From Chiloscyllium plagiosum (lineage: Eukaryota), in NCBI RefSeq assembly GCF_004010195.1, contig NC_057728.1:49275065-49339064 (forward strand): DNA of 64,000 nucleotides. Direction: 5' to 3'. Below, piece after piece: positions 1 through 12,536 of this stretch. Position numbers and translations under genes: made by a program. Within the stretch, counting starts at the first letter, position 1. Each line of letters starts with the position of its first letter. The notes beneath the pieces are model-generated. The model was given only the letters and a program-made list of their open reading frames with translations. It had not been told where the DNA came from and made no database searches.

Positions 1-314
1 TACCTGCCATTGTGTCTGTTCCCGTGGCTCAATTAAGTTTCAATCATTAGCTCAGCTATCCTGTTCACAAATACCTGCCTGACCTGCACAGTGTTTGCTG
101 GATGTTTGAGCTTTGGGTTGAATAAGTAATCCAAGTTGACAGGCCACATGCAATACTGAGGGAATGCTGCACTGTTAGACATGTTAGTTTTCATGTGAGG
201 AATTAAATTAAGGACCAGTCTGTCCCCTCAATATGCCATGAGTCCTCTTTCAAAGAGCAGCTGAGATTTCTTTCCAGTGTTCGAGTTAATGTCAATGAAT
301 TTTTCAGCCTAGGC

Positions 315-612
315 TTAGCAGTTAGCATTGCTGCCTCGCAGCGCTAGGGACCTGGGTTCAATTCCAGCCTCGGGCAACTGTCTCCCCCGTTTCTGCAAGG
401 GTTTCCTCCCACAGTCCAAAGATGGACAGAGGAGGTGGACTGGCCATGCTATATTGCCCATAGTGTCCAGGTTAGGTGGGTTAGGCATGGGAAAATCCAG
501 GGTTATAGGGAGAGGTTGGGAGGTGGGTCTGGGTGGGATGCTCTTCAGAGGGGTTGGTCTTAACTCGATGGGCTGAATGGCCTCCTTCCACACTGTAGGG
601 ATTTTATAATTC
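315..612 (+). mobile_element. HE1-type tRNA-derived V-SINE, diverged
   Basis: B-box-like GGGTTCAATTCC, V-domain tttcctcccacagtccaaagatg, CR1-like tail gggctgaatggcct...cacactgtagggatt. Confidence 0.85.
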
Positions 613-679
613 CATGAAAGAAGGGGAATGAGAAATCTGGAACATTACCCCCCAAATAGCTAGCGAGGTGAATAGCTGT

Positions 680-1080
680 GACTTGGGAGCAGGAGTAGGG
701 CATTCAGACGTGTTAACCTGCTCCACTATTCAATAACATCATGGTTGCTCTAATTATTCCATATTCCTGGATGTCCTCAACAACCTTTCACCTCCCTTCC
801 CCACACCACCTAGCTTATCAAGAATCTATCCATCTTGTCCTTAAAAATATTCACATTCTCTGCAACCACTATCTTTTGGGAAAGAGAGTTCTAAAGACTC
901 ACTACTCCTAATAAGAAAAAAATGTTTCTCATCTCAGTCACGTGACACAACTCCTTTGTTTTAATCAGTGGCCCCTTGTTCTCGATTGTTCCGCAAGATG
1001 AAATATTCTCTCCATATTCACCCTGTCAAGGATCTTAGAGGTTGCCATCAAATTACCTTACACCTTTATATGACACAAGC
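680..1080 (-). mobile_element. CR1 LINE 3' fragment, old
   Basis: Reverse complement of CR1 3' end (ggagcaggagtagggcattcag...cctgctccactattcaataa). Boundaries approximate. Confidence 0.7.
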
Positions 1081-1869
1081 TCAGTCTGTTAAGACAGAGA
1101 TAAGCCTTAATCTAATTGAATGACAGAATATATGACTCTATAACAGACTTGATGGGCTGAATGATCTCCTCCTGTTTCAATGTTCTTATTATTCCCTCAT
1201 TCTATAACATTCCTGGTGAATAGCTTATGTTCAAAATGTCGACTCTCCTGCCTGACCAGCTGTGCTTTTCTAGCGCCAGACTCTTCGACTCATTCTACAA
1301 CACTCAAACACATTACCCAGTCACCTGTGTCACTGTACATTGTGTATCATGGTGATTAGAACAGTGACTAGGGGAATCATGTGTTACGGGGGAAAGGGTA
1401 GGGAAGTGGATGTAAGGAATGTTGGATCAGTCATGATCCTACCGAATGGCGGAACAGACTGAAGTTGCTCTTGAGAAGGTGGTGGTGAACTGCCTTTTGA
1501 ACCATTACGATCCATTTCCTGTAGATACACCCATCATGCTGTGAGCAAGAAAGTTACAGGATTTTGACAGGGCGACAATGAAGGAACGGCGATATATTTC
1601 CAAGTCTGGATGGTGACTGGCTTGAGGTGGAAATTGCAGGTTGTGGTGTTCCCATGCATCTGCTCCCTAAGTCCTTCTGAATGCCAGGGGCTTGGAAGAT
1701 GCTGTGAGGAAAGAACCAGATGCCAGATACTTACACATACTGGGAGGTGAGTTGAGGCTGTGGAGGGAATTGAGTGTGAGAATAAGAGTTGTAAATATGA
1801 GGCACTGCCAGACCAGTGAGCCCAGTGGGCAGTGGATGAATGTTACTTGGTGAAAGTTAGATCTGTTCT

Positions 1870-2480
1870 CATTGATGACTCTGTTTCCTAGCCACTGATT
1901 TCATCCTTCTCTTCAGCAAACAGCTAGGGAGACTTTGATGTTGTACTTGACTCTGGGATGTATTTGCAACCACATATTCACACAATATTAAGACCATCCA
2001 TTTCCACATCCATAACATCATCCACCTCAGCTCCATCACTGCTCAACTACCATTGTAACCCAAATCCATGTCTTCTTTATGCCGAGATTTGACTATTCCA
2101 ATGTACTGCGGACCAACCTCCTACGTTCTAACCTCCATGACCTTGAGGTCCCCCAGAACTGCTGCCATACCTAAACTCACAAAGTCCCATTCACCCAGCA
2201 ACCCCTCTGCTTGCTGACTCATACCGGCTCCTGTTTAAATAACACCAAGTTTAAAATTTGCTTCCTTGTTTTTAAATCCTCCCCTGCCTTTGCCCCTCTC
2301 TATCTCTGTAATTTCCTCCAGCCCCACAACTCTGAGATTTTCATGCTCAACTAATTCTGACTGCTTTCCAGCCCCAGGCTTATTCAACCACTACCCAGGA
2401 TCTTGCTTGCAGCTACCTGGCCCATAAAGCCTGGAATTCAGTCCCTGAACCTTTCCATCTCACTGCAGCTTTGTCCTGTT
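1870..2480 (+). mobile_element. L2-type LINE 3' fragment, old
   Basis: Degenerate RT C-terminus (agatttgactattccaat = RFDYSN, similar to RLDYCN) followed by tttaaaatt...tttaaatccctcc typical of L2 3' ends. Confidence 0.65.
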
Positions 2481-2989
2481 TGAGGATAGCTTGAAGAAGT
2501 TAGTACTGTTCTCCTGGGAGAGAAGAAGGCTATAAGGAGAATTTTTTAAAAAAGATGTTTGGGCTTGATAGAGTAAACAGGAAGAAACTGTTTCTGCTCC
2601 TAAAAAGGATCAAGAGCCAGAAAGCACAGATTTGAAATAATTTGCAAAAGAAACAAAAGCCAGGTGAGAAGAGCTTTTTCACCCAGTAAGTAGTTAGGGA
2701 TAGAATGCATAGAGGCATGGTCAATTGAGGCATTCAAGAAGGCCGTGGATAGAAATAATGTGCAAGGTTACAGGGATGAAACAGGAGGTTGACAGTAGAT
2801 GGCTGTTGCCCGAAACATTGATTCTCCTGCTCCTCTGACCTGCTGTGCTTTTCCAGCACCACACTCTCGACTCTAATCTCCAGTATCTGCAGTCCTCACT
2901 TTCGTTTAGCAGATAATGATGCTCATTTGAAGAGGTGAAACATATGAAAGAACTGAAACAAACAAGGTCATTCTTGAAAGATGAAAGAC

Positions 2990-3180
2990 TTAACAAACAA
3001 TGCAGCTTTTTTCAATTATATCATTTCAGTTGCATCACACGATAATCTTTTGCTATAAATTCTGTGTCATATGATCTTACTCTCCACAACCACCTGTTGA
3101 AGGAGCAGTGCTCCGAAAGCTAGTGCTTCCAAATAAACCTGTTGGACTATGATCTAGTGTTGTGTGATTTTTAACTTTGA
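2990..3180 (+). mobile_element. Penelope-like pLTR fragment
   Basis: Same family as 15889-16093 and 55610-55975; carries a mutated hammerhead core CTGTTGA-AGGAGCAGTGCTCC-GAAA. Confidence 0.7.
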
Positions 3181-3379
3181 AGAGGTGGTACAGACATAAT
3201 GGGCCTAATGGCCTCCTTCTGCACTGTAACAGCCTGTGATTCTGTTTTAAGATGCTCTTTACTCTTTGATCATGCTTTTTGGTTGCCTGCCATAACAATT
3301 TCCTCCGTGGCTCAGATTTTGCTTAATGCCACTTAAGTGAATTTTATTAAGTTAAAGGCGTTACGTAATTGCAAATTGG

Positions 3380-3630
3380 CAGGGATGTTCTGGAGCAGTG
3401 GTAGTATCTCTACCTCTGAGCCAGGAGATCTGGGTTCAAGTCCCACCTGCTCCACAGGTGCGGTGACATCTCTAACAAAGTTGCTTAGAAAATATCTATA
3501 AATTGCAAATTGGCAGGGATGCAGTGGTAGACTCTCTACCTGTCAGCCGGGAGTCCAGGGTTCAAGTCCCATCTGCTTCAGAGGTGAGTAGTAACATCTC
3601 TAAACAGATTGTTTAGAAAATTTCTACAAA
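3380..3630 (+). mobile_element. Two tandem short (~125 bp) tRNA-derived SINE-like units
   Basis: Each unit has gcagtggtag (A-box-like) and gggttcaagtccc (B-box), ending tagaaaat. Related single copies at about 24030-24140 and 50265-50360. Confidence 0.75.
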
Positions 3631-4627
3631 TGCAAATTGTTGCCATTGAATACGGGCAGTGCAGTTATACCTCTCGGACCATGTGAATTACAAAACGCGA
3701 GTTTTCAATCTCAATTTTCTGACCAAAGGGATGTAAAACAGCAATGAGACCAAACAGTAAACAGGTCACGTTGCTCTCAACAGCTGATGCTGCTCACAAA
3801 CCTGAATAGCTACGTCTGCATAAAATTGATTCTTTCTGGAGCTCGCACCAGCTGCTGCAAAAATTCCAGGTGCATAAATTCTCCGCAGAAAAGCAACACA
3901 GCATATTTATCATAAAGTGGAAGGACAATCCACCATTGGCAACATGAGCAGTTTGACATCTCTCATTATTGTCACACAAAACAGAGAACAAAAAGGGAGG
4001 ATCACTTAGTTTTGGGATTTAACAGAGATATAAAAGAATCGCTGGCCATTAAAACCAGTTGCAAAAAAGAACCATTTTATGCTGCATCATCCTGGATCAT
4101 TAAGATTGCAGCCTTGTCAATGATTTTAATCCTCAAATATGAAGCAGTCTTGGAGGAAGAGCAGCACACACTTTGTTTTATTCTTGTAACACATGTGGAC
4201 GTCACAGCTAAGACCAGATGCTACCAGACCTGCTGAGCTTTTCCAGCAACTTCAGTTTTTGTTGCTGATTTACAGAATCGGCAGTTCTTTCGGTTTTTGA
4301 AGGCCAGCATTTGTTGGTCATCCTTGATTGTCCTTGAACTGAGTGATGTGCAAGGCCATTTCCGAGGTGGTTGAAGAGGCAATCACATTGCTGTGAATAT
4401 GGAGTCACACATTGGCCAGACCAGGTAAGTACACAAAATTTTCCTTCCTAAAGTGGTCCATGTGTCTTTTACATGATTGATGATGGGTTTCATGTTCAGC
4501 ATTATTAAAATGAGCTTTCAGTTCCGGGTTTATCAAATAATTGAATTTAAATTCCATCAGTCGACAGGCTGGGATTCTGAATTCATGCCCCCAAAGCATT
4601 AGCCTGGGCCTCTGGGTTACTATCTTT

Positions 4628-4900
4628 GAGAAGAAAATGAGGTCTGCAGATGTTGGAGATTAGAGGTGAAAATGTGTTGCTGGAGAAGCGCAGCAGGTCA
4701 GGCAGCATCCAGGGAACAGAAGAATCGACGTTTCGGGCATAAGCCCTTCTTCAGGAATGAGGAAAGTTTGTCCAGCAGGCTAAGATAAAAGGTAGGGAGG
4801 AGGGACTTGGGGGAGGGGCGTCGGAAATGTGATAGGTGTACCTGTTTCCTGGATGCTGCCTGACCTGCTGCGCTTCTCCAGCAACACATTTTCAGCTCTG
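4628..4900. mobile_element. Penelope-type foldback insertion inside a tRNA-SINE
   Basis: Inverted arms (gaaaatgtgttgctggagaagcgcagcaggtcaggcagcatccagg / cctggatgctgcctgacctgctgcgcttctccagcaacacattttc). Flanking duplication ctctgggttacta at 4610-4622 and 4896-4908. Confidence 0.75.
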
Positions 4901-5189
4901 GGTTACTAGCCCAGAGATAGTCCTACCAATTTCTACTCACTCCCTTGAGGTTGTAGGTCAATTTAAAATTTCTAAACTGAGGTTGATGCATTATTTTGGT
5001 GAATGAGGATGTTAAACTGTGAGGAAACCTAAGGGTGAGGGAGTGAGGAATGGAGTTAAAATACAGATCATTTACAATAGGGGCTGAATAGCCTCCTCCT
5101 GTTCCTATTGGTGTAAGTGATCAGGAAATATATAAACTAACCTAAAAATGACTTCAGGTTGCTAGAAGCATGGAAATGGATTCAATTTT

Positions 5190-6490
5190 AAGATCATAAG
5201 ACGTAGTCGCAGAATTAGGCCATTCAGTCCATTGAGTCTGTTCCTGCATTTAATGAAATCATGACTCAACTGATAATCCTCAATTCCACTTTCCTGCCTT
5301 ATCTCCATGACACTTGAGTCCCTTAATGATTAGAAATGTGTCTGTCTCAGCCTTCAGATCTCTGTTGTAAAGAGTTCCATGGGTTCATCACCCTCTGCTA
5401 GAAAAAAGTCCTCCTCATCTCTGCCTTAAATGGACAAATCCTTACTCTGAAATTATGCCCTTGGTCCCAGTCTCTCCCACAAGGGGAAACAACCTCTCCT
5501 CATCTGCCCTGTCAAATCTCCTAAGAATTGTGTATGTTTCAGTAAGGTGTCAATTTTTCCAAACTCTAATGAGTATAAGCCCAACCAACTCAACTTCTCC
5601 TCATAAGAAAATCTAGGGTATGGAGGGATCAATCCAGCACACCTTGAATACTGTGTGCAGTTTTGGTCTCCTAGTCTGAGGAAGGAAATTCCTACTGAGG
5701 AATATCAGCGAAGGTTCACCAGACTGATTTCCGGATTGACAGGACTGAAATATGAGGAAAGACTGGATTGACTGGGCTTGAACTCACTGGAATTTAGAAG
5801 AATAAGGGGGGAATATCATAGAAACATTTAACATCCTGATGGGACTGGACAGGCTAGATGCGGGAAGCATGTTCCCGATGTTGGGGAAATCCAGAACTAG
5901 AAGTCACAGTAAGGGTAAGCCATTCAGGACTGAGATGAGGAAGAATGCCTTCACTCAGGGAGTTGTGAATCTGTGGAATTCTCTCCTACAGGAAGATGTT
6001 GGGGCCAGTCCAATAGATATATTCAAGAAGGAGCTGGACGTGGCCCTTATGACTAAAGGGATCAATGGGGTATGTAGAAAAAGAAGGAATAGATTGTACG
6101 ATCAGCCATGATCATGTTGAATGGTGGTACAGACTCAAAGGGACAAAGGGCCTACTCCTGGAACCATTTTCTAAGTTTCGACATTTCTATGAATCAACTC
6201 AAATGCCTCATATCTTTCTTTAGAAAAGGGGACAAAAAGTGTTCATAGTATTCCAGCTGTAGTCCTACTAGTTCCTTATATAGTTTTTTTAACAAGCTCT
6301 CCTGATATTTATACTCCATTTCCTTTGAGAAAAGACCAGGATTCCATCTGCCTTCCCTATTACCCAATGAACTTGGCCGCTAACTTTTTATGGTTCACGC
6401 ACTAGGATCCCCAAGTCCATCTGTGCTAGAGCTTTCTGCAGTCTTTCTCTATTTAAATAATATTCAACTCTTTTATTCTCCCTGCCAAAA
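5190..6490. mobile_element. Nested CR1 fragments: minus-strand copy interrupted by plus-strand copy (~5635-6190)
   Basis: The plus copy encodes HLEYCVQFWSP... and GLDRLDAGSMFP...TQGVVNLWNSL; the minus copy resumes after about 6200. Confidence 0.85.
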
Positions 6491-7672
6491 TAATTGCATT
6501 TTGAAACATCTTTCATAATATCTTAAGCCTCTTTACAGCAAACCCAGCATTGATGAAGTTTAGTCATTGTGTAGTGCAGACACGGGACAAGAATTTTACA
6601 AGCAGCTAAAATTGAATTCATCTTCTTCTGAATGATTTATTGTCAGGTATATCTAGGGAGATACGGTGCAAATTGCTCTGCTGCCACAAACTGGCGCCAT
6701 TTTGAGGTACAAAAGAATAAAAAGCAAGTACTTAAAGAGAGTTCATCTTCCTTGGCCAGGGTCCCAAACACAGCTCCAGGACTTCTGCAAGGTCCCTGCT
6801 CCAGGCCTACCACAGCCAGGAACCCCCGCTTCAGGCACTGGGACCGCTGCAGTCGATGACCTGCCACCACCGAAAGAGTCCACCCTCTGGGCCTACTGCA
6901 ACCAGGAGTCCCTACTTCACCATCACTGCAGCCGATGCCCCTCCGCACTCACTAAAGGGAGCCCTCTTGACCTATCCTACCTGCCCATCTTCCTTCCCAC
7001 CTATCCGCTCCACCTTCCTCTCAAACGTCGACTCTCCTGCTCCTCGGATGCTGCCTGACCAGCTGTGCTTTTCCAGCACCACACTTTTTGACTCGCATTC
7101 ACTAAAACGCTGAGCAGCAGTTACACAATACAAAGGGAGGAAGACTTTCTCTGAGCTTTAATCAGGAAACTTCAGCTGATATAACTTGTGGAAACTTCCT
7201 GCTCGTGAAAGTTTTCTTTCATATGAACGGGGCTTTTTGAATTTGGTAATGGCTACAGCAGATTCATCCTGTTCTTAGAATGCTTTTAACCAAACTCTGA
7301 AAATCCAGTTCACAAAATGAGAAGCGGCATAGGTTGGTGACATAAAGAACAAATAAATTGATGAAAGTGTTGATTGAGGGATAAATACTGATGAGAATCA
7401 TCTGTTCATCTTCAAAGTAACAGCAAAGTGGGATCTTTTACATCTGACTAAGAGGACACAAGATCCTCAGTTTAATACCTCATCTGCTTGACTACTTTAG
7501 AAAAGCACTGGAACTTCAATTTAGATGAAACACTCAAGTTTCTGGACTGGGACTTGAACGTACAACCTTCAAACTCAAGTGAGAGAGCTACCCACTGAGC
7601 CAGAGCAGGAATATCACATGTAATCTCTTCCATCCAAGTTATAAAGTACCAGCAGTTAAATTCCATCAGTAC

Positions 7673-7755
7673 CTTGCTAACAGATGCTCCAAATCCATGA
7701 CAAACATTGAAATTTTCAGATCTGCCAGCGCATGTCGAAATGCAGTCTTGCTGAT
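7673..7755 (-). CDS. EFCAB6-like: EFCAB6-like coding exon I (83 bp, phase 0 to 2)
   Basis: Acceptor tttcattttacatttcAG, donor AAG|GTACTG; encodes ISKTAFRHALADLKISMFVMDLEHLLA, completing the EF-hand begun in exon H. Confidence 0.92.
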
Positions 7756-7839
7756 CTGAAATGTAAAATGAAACACCGCATAACTCAAAATATCTAAACC
7801 CCTACTGAAAGAAAATATTCAATAAGAAGAGGATTTAAG

Positions 7840-8320
7840 TCCATGGGCAGGACAGTAGGAATCATTTGTATTTCATACAAGGTTACAGGAACAGAGCAGG
7901 ACAGTGAGATTAGTTTGTAATTAAAAACAAAAAAAAATTTAATTGCAAACTAATTGCTGCAGATACTGGAATTGGTACTGAAAACAATTTTTTTTATTGT
8001 TTCAGCACAGATTTCTGCATCTGCAGTAATATGCTCCTAGTTTGTAATTGATATCAGGCTACAGGAAGAGAGCAAAGCAGTGGGATTATTTTGTAATAGA
8101 TATAAAGCTATGGGAAGAGAATGGCGCTGTGGAATTAGTTTGGGATTAATTCAGGAACATGGGGAAGAAAAAGGGGCAGTGGGACTAGTTTGGGATTGAC
8201 ACAAGGATATCAGGGAGAACAGAACAGTGGGATTATTTTAATAATTATTGCATACACCAGTGAGACACCAGTGGGTTTAGTTTGGGATTAGGAAGAAAGT
8301 GGGAAAGCTATATAGTTAGC
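7840..8320 (+). repeat. Degenerate ~45-50 bp tandem repeat (cagtgggattagtttgggattg-like)
   Basis: Recurrent ...cagtgggattagtttg(g/t)(g/a)att... units, with a small hairpin insertion at about 7953-8030. Confidence 0.65.
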
Positions 8321-8805
8321 ATTCTCTGAATAATTCTCTTGTATTTCAATTAAAAATTGCCAAATTTAGAGATAAGGAGGAGCCCATTTGTCCTATCATG
8401 CCTATGCCAACTCTGTGAATGAACAGTTTAATTAGTCCAAATCCCCTGCTCTTTGCCCAAAGCTTTGGGAAAGGATCCTCTTCAAATATTCCAATTTCCA
8501 ATCTACTTACACTAGGGAATCTGCTTACACCGTCCTTTCACGCACTGTCTAAAATAAATGCCCACCTGGTTCATTTGCCACTTAACTGCTCATTCTTTGT
8601 CTTCCATATAAATCTCTAATTTCCCAACGATCCCATCAAAACTCCATCAGAGAATTTATTGAAGCACCTGGCAGTAAGCTGCATCGAGGTGGAACCTGAA
8701 AGGTAATTGCAGTCTCTCCAGTTCCCTACACAGAGCCTGTTGGAGTTCACATTTGCAAGGAGAGATAAAATGGACAACATCTTCTGTGATGAATCAGCTA
8801 CTTAC

Positions 8806-8871
8806 CAAACCACTGGCTTCTTTGTCATACTTGGCAAACTCATGGAGGACAGATGCACAGGCTTCCTCCAT
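8806..8871 (-). CDS. EFCAB6-like: EFCAB6-like coding exon H (66 bp, phase 0 to 0)
   Basis: Acceptor attattcatttgttctAG, donor TTG|GTAAGT; encodes MEEACASVLHEFAKYDKEASGL (start of an EF-hand loop). Confidence 0.92.
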
Positions 8872-9239
8872 CTAGAACAAATGAATAATAATCTTGCATC
8901 AGTACAGTAGTCCATCTGAACTCAGTCCATCTGCTGGCTGATACCATCATCTATGTCATTGTTATGTTTAGACTTCACTGTTCCATTGCATCCCTGGCTG
9001 CAGGCCGTTTTGTAACTAGGTTAATGTTGCTCAGATTTTATATAATAATTTATAATGTTGCCCTCTACCACTGAATTCCTGATATCCAATCTCACTGAGT
9101 TGAATGTGCATTATGTGCCTACAAATGCAAATCGACAGTCAAAGACCCAACTGGACTATGAAGTGAAGCGGAATGGCAGAAAATCTTCCTCCACTTGTGT
9201 CAAGCTCCAACTCCCAGCACAATGCAAACTAAACACTAT

Positions 9240-9610
9240 TTCTGAGAATGGCTCCAGGGATAAGGCAATGAGTTCTGTGGAGAAATTGGAAATGATAGAG
9301 AAAATAAAGCTGAGAGGAGATTTGTTAGAGGTATTCGAATTCCTGAAGACGGGCTTATGCCCGAAACGTCAATTCTCCTGTTCCCTGGATGCTGCCTGAC
9401 CTGCTGCGCTTTTCCAGCTCTGATCTCCAGCATCTGCAGTCCTCACTTTCTCCTCAAAGTATTCAAAATCAGGAAGAGTCTAGTCAGAGTGGATAAAGAG
9501 ACTGTGGCCAGATGTGTTGAGAATCAGAGGGCACAGATTTATAGTCATTGGAACAGACATCAATGGAAACAAGAGGAGAAACCTCTTCACAAAATGTGTG
9601 ATTAGGGTCG
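9240..9610 (+). mobile_element. Old CR1 3' fragment with Penelope-type insertion (9339-9455)
   Basis: Reads KLRGDLLEVF and resumes KVFKIRKSLVRVDKE; the insert carries CTGAAGA-CGGGCTTATGCCC-GAAACGTC. Confidence 0.75.
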
Positions 9611-9919
9611 ACCTGAGTATATGGGAATGTCCTGAGTGTCCACACAAGTCGATAGGTGTGCAGACCCAGTGACTTCTGATCTACGGATTGGCAGAAAACG
9701 AAATATGGACAGTAGTGTGTGTGGTGGAAACAGGTTCAGCCAGAGTTCTCAAGAGGGATTTGAAAAAGCTCCTGAAGAGAAAACAATTGCAGGGCCATGA
9801 GAATCAGATTAGGTGAGTTATTCTCACAAAGTGTTAGCAAGGACTTGATGGAATAACTGGCCTCCTTCCCTCTGTGTTCTAAACATTCCAAGAACTACTG
9901 TCATCATGAAGAAGTGTGA

Positions 9920-10660
9920 GATGTTGCTCAGCGGGTAGTACCCTTGGCTCGGAGTCAGAAGGTTTGATTTGATTTGATTTGATTTATTATTATTGTCACA
10001 TGTACCTAGGTACAGTGAAAAGTTTTGTTTTGTGTGCAGTACAGGCAGATCATACCATACAAGTTCATAGGATTACATATAGACTTCCCTGTGCCATTGC
10101 ATCCCTGGCTGCAGAACGTTTCATGATTAGGTCAATGTTTTACAGATTTTTAATGAAACAATTGATGACATTGCCCTCAGCCTGAGCAGAGTGTGCATTT
10201 GTAAAAGCTGCCTATTAAAAGTTGTCTCGAACCAGGCGAGGAACAAAATGTTATGGCTGCAGAGAAGGTGCAGAGAAGGCAAAATCAATATTAGATTAGT
10301 AATTTTAGAGGTGCATTCAGAGGTCTAATAACAGTGGGGAAGAAGCTGCTCTGAAATCTGTTGGTCCGTGTGTTACGGGTCCAAGACCCATCCCAGAGCT
10401 TTGCACCTATATTGAGGCTGATAGAGTGTTGCATTGTCAAAATGCTTGCCTTTCAGACAGGATGCTAAAATCTTCTTTGAGGTGGATGAAAAGAATCCAT
10501 GGCAGGAGTTTCTAGAAGAGGAGGTGATTTCTCCCTGGTGACCTGGACCAATATTTATCCCTCAACCGACAGCACTAAAAACATTACTCATTCTCTTAAT
10601 GCTTTCAACACTGCTGACTGTGGGAGTTTGCTCTGAGCAAAATGGTTGCTGCGATGCAAG
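9920..10660 (+). mobile_element. Deu-domain SINE (SacSINE1/AmnSINE1-like) interrupted by minus-strand Rex1/Babar 3' end (~9963-10375)
   Basis: tRNA head split around the insertion; Deu-like core cctttcagacaggatgctaaa...ctggaccaatatttatccctcaacc. Insert has a (TTTGA)n tail and tgtcacatgtacctaggtacagtgaaaag. Confidence 0.7.
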
Positions 10661-11612
10661 GGAATGGGATTGATGACAAATTAAGTTGACGGTGGAGTGA
10701 ATGGGGCACCAATGCACCCAATACCAATTTCAGACCCGCAGTCTTGTCTTGCTCCACAACAGCATCTGTTCTATGGGATAAATCTGGGCAGAATTCACTG
10801 GTGCTGAACCAAAACCACAAACATAAAGCAGTTTTAAATAATGTCTTGCGTCACAGCAGAGGATATAGCAGTTTTGCAGCTGCAAGTGATTATACACCAG
10901 ATGAAAATGCTGAGATGTGCAAACAGGTCACGTGTAATTCACCTTGTCCCCCTATAATCGGCACAGCCACTGGCTGGGTATAACCAAGAGACCGAAAAAT
11001 TAAATTCAGAAAAATGCTGCCCCTCATAAAATAGATAAAGTAAGACAGGTTTGCACAGGAGATTGTCAGAAATTCACTTCACCTGAATAAGCTTCAAAAT
11101 ACTGACAAGGTCATCAGTTAGAAGGAGATGAGAGTTCAGTTTGTTGTTCTCTGAAGTTCCACTCTTCCACATTCATTACCAGATATCACCAGCACGGCTG
11201 ATATTTATTGCTCCTTGCTAGTTGTCCTGCGAGTAGGTGGGTGTGAGCGTCCTTCCTGACACTGCGGTCCATGTGGTAAAGTGCTTCCCCAGTGCTGCTG
11301 GGACAGCGTCCGAGGATATTGACCCAAACTGTAACCTACAGGACTACACACCAGGAGCTGGATGGTGGTTTCGATTGAGTAACACTGTATCAGACCAAAT
11401 GACCAACTCTGGTCTGCAGTGGCACTGGCCACTGCCGGAAATGTTTATTACAGCTGACCCAGGTGTAACCTCACAGATCTCAGCCGCACTGATGCAAACC
11501 AGGCTCCAGTTTTGAAGGAACTCATTCCAATTTAAAGCAGTTGACAGAGAAGTGCCAGAGTTACAGGTTGGTGTTAGTTTTACATTGGGTTTCCGCATTC
11601 TGTGTCACCTAC

Positions 11613-11719
11613 CTTATCTTTAAGTATCTTAATAAAGTCTTCACTGGGATCAGCAACACCGATTGATGGGTTGTGTTTATTTTTAGCTGTTGGTGACCTT
11701 GCTGAGTATTCGTTTGGAT
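11613..11719 (-). CDS. EFCAB6-like: EFCAB6-like coding exon G (107 bp, phase 1 to 0)
   Basis: Acceptor aaatctctttcAG, donor AAG|GTAGGT; encodes (D)PNEYSARSPTAKNKHNPSIGVADPSEDFIKILKDK. Confidence 0.88.
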
Positions 11720-12207
11720 CTGAAAGAGATTTATGATCATTCTGATGGAGACTGTGCTTTGAAATTGCAAGTGGCTTTACAATTCAAACACTGCTGGCTG
11801 TTCTCTGTAGATGAAATGCAAGTTCTCGTTTCACTGTGGAAAGGTTTTACACCCCACTGATGTAAACCGGGCACCAAATCCTGCGCCAATGCCCAGATTT
11901 ATTCCTGTCCCATTTTAATATTCCCCAGCGCCACTCTCCCATTGCTAACCTCCAGGGATCTGTTCCGTTCCTGTCACCTGGGAATCTTGACTAACCCCGT
12001 TTGCAGATTGTTAACCTCCTGCCACATTACAGCCCATTGTTAGCAAATTTGTAGAGATTCTTTAAATATATTCCTTAGACTCTGAGTGTTGCGTGAATGC
12101 TGTTTCCTGTCTGAATGTCTTTCATTCCTTTTGCAGTCCAACTCTCCCTAAACCCTCATGGCCACCTCCAGATATTGCAGTAGAAGACCAGTCACGATAG
12201 AGAGGCA

Positions 12208-12536
12208 GTGCAGGAGTGGTAACGTCATTGGGTTGGAAATCCAGAGGCCTAACTTAAAATTCTAGGGACATACCATCATGGCAGAAGGTGAAATTTTAAT
12301 TCGATTGAAAATAAAACTGGAATAAACATCCTCATGGCAACCATGTGACCCCTACCAATGTCTGAATCACTAGTGTCCTTTAGAGAAGGCAATCTTCCAT
12401 CCTTACCTCCCCTGGCCTATATGTGACTCCAGACCCCAGTGATGTGGTTAACTCTTAACTGTCTTCTGGATATTTAGGGATGAGCGATAAATGCTGGTCT
12501 AGCCAGCAGCACCCACATCCATGAGTGAGTAAAAAA
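12208..12536 (+). mobile_element. Abundant tRNA-derived SINE sharing its 3' tail with the adjacent LINE
   Basis: Core ccatccttacct..ctggcctatatgtgactccagacc; tail ataaatgctggtctagccagcagcacccacatccatga. Further copies at about 4300-4940, 18595-18930, 19390-19835, 20560-21030, 23915-24400, 35815-36140, 36750-37140, 53395-53763 and 58210-58545. Confidence 0.8.

Noticed and set aside
3671..3718. Candidate 48-bp exon (KIEIENSRFVIHMVRE) downstream of exon I
   Set aside because: Exon I ends in phase 2 and that frame hits a stop. No linking exon was found, so the next exon is probably outside the window or was missed.
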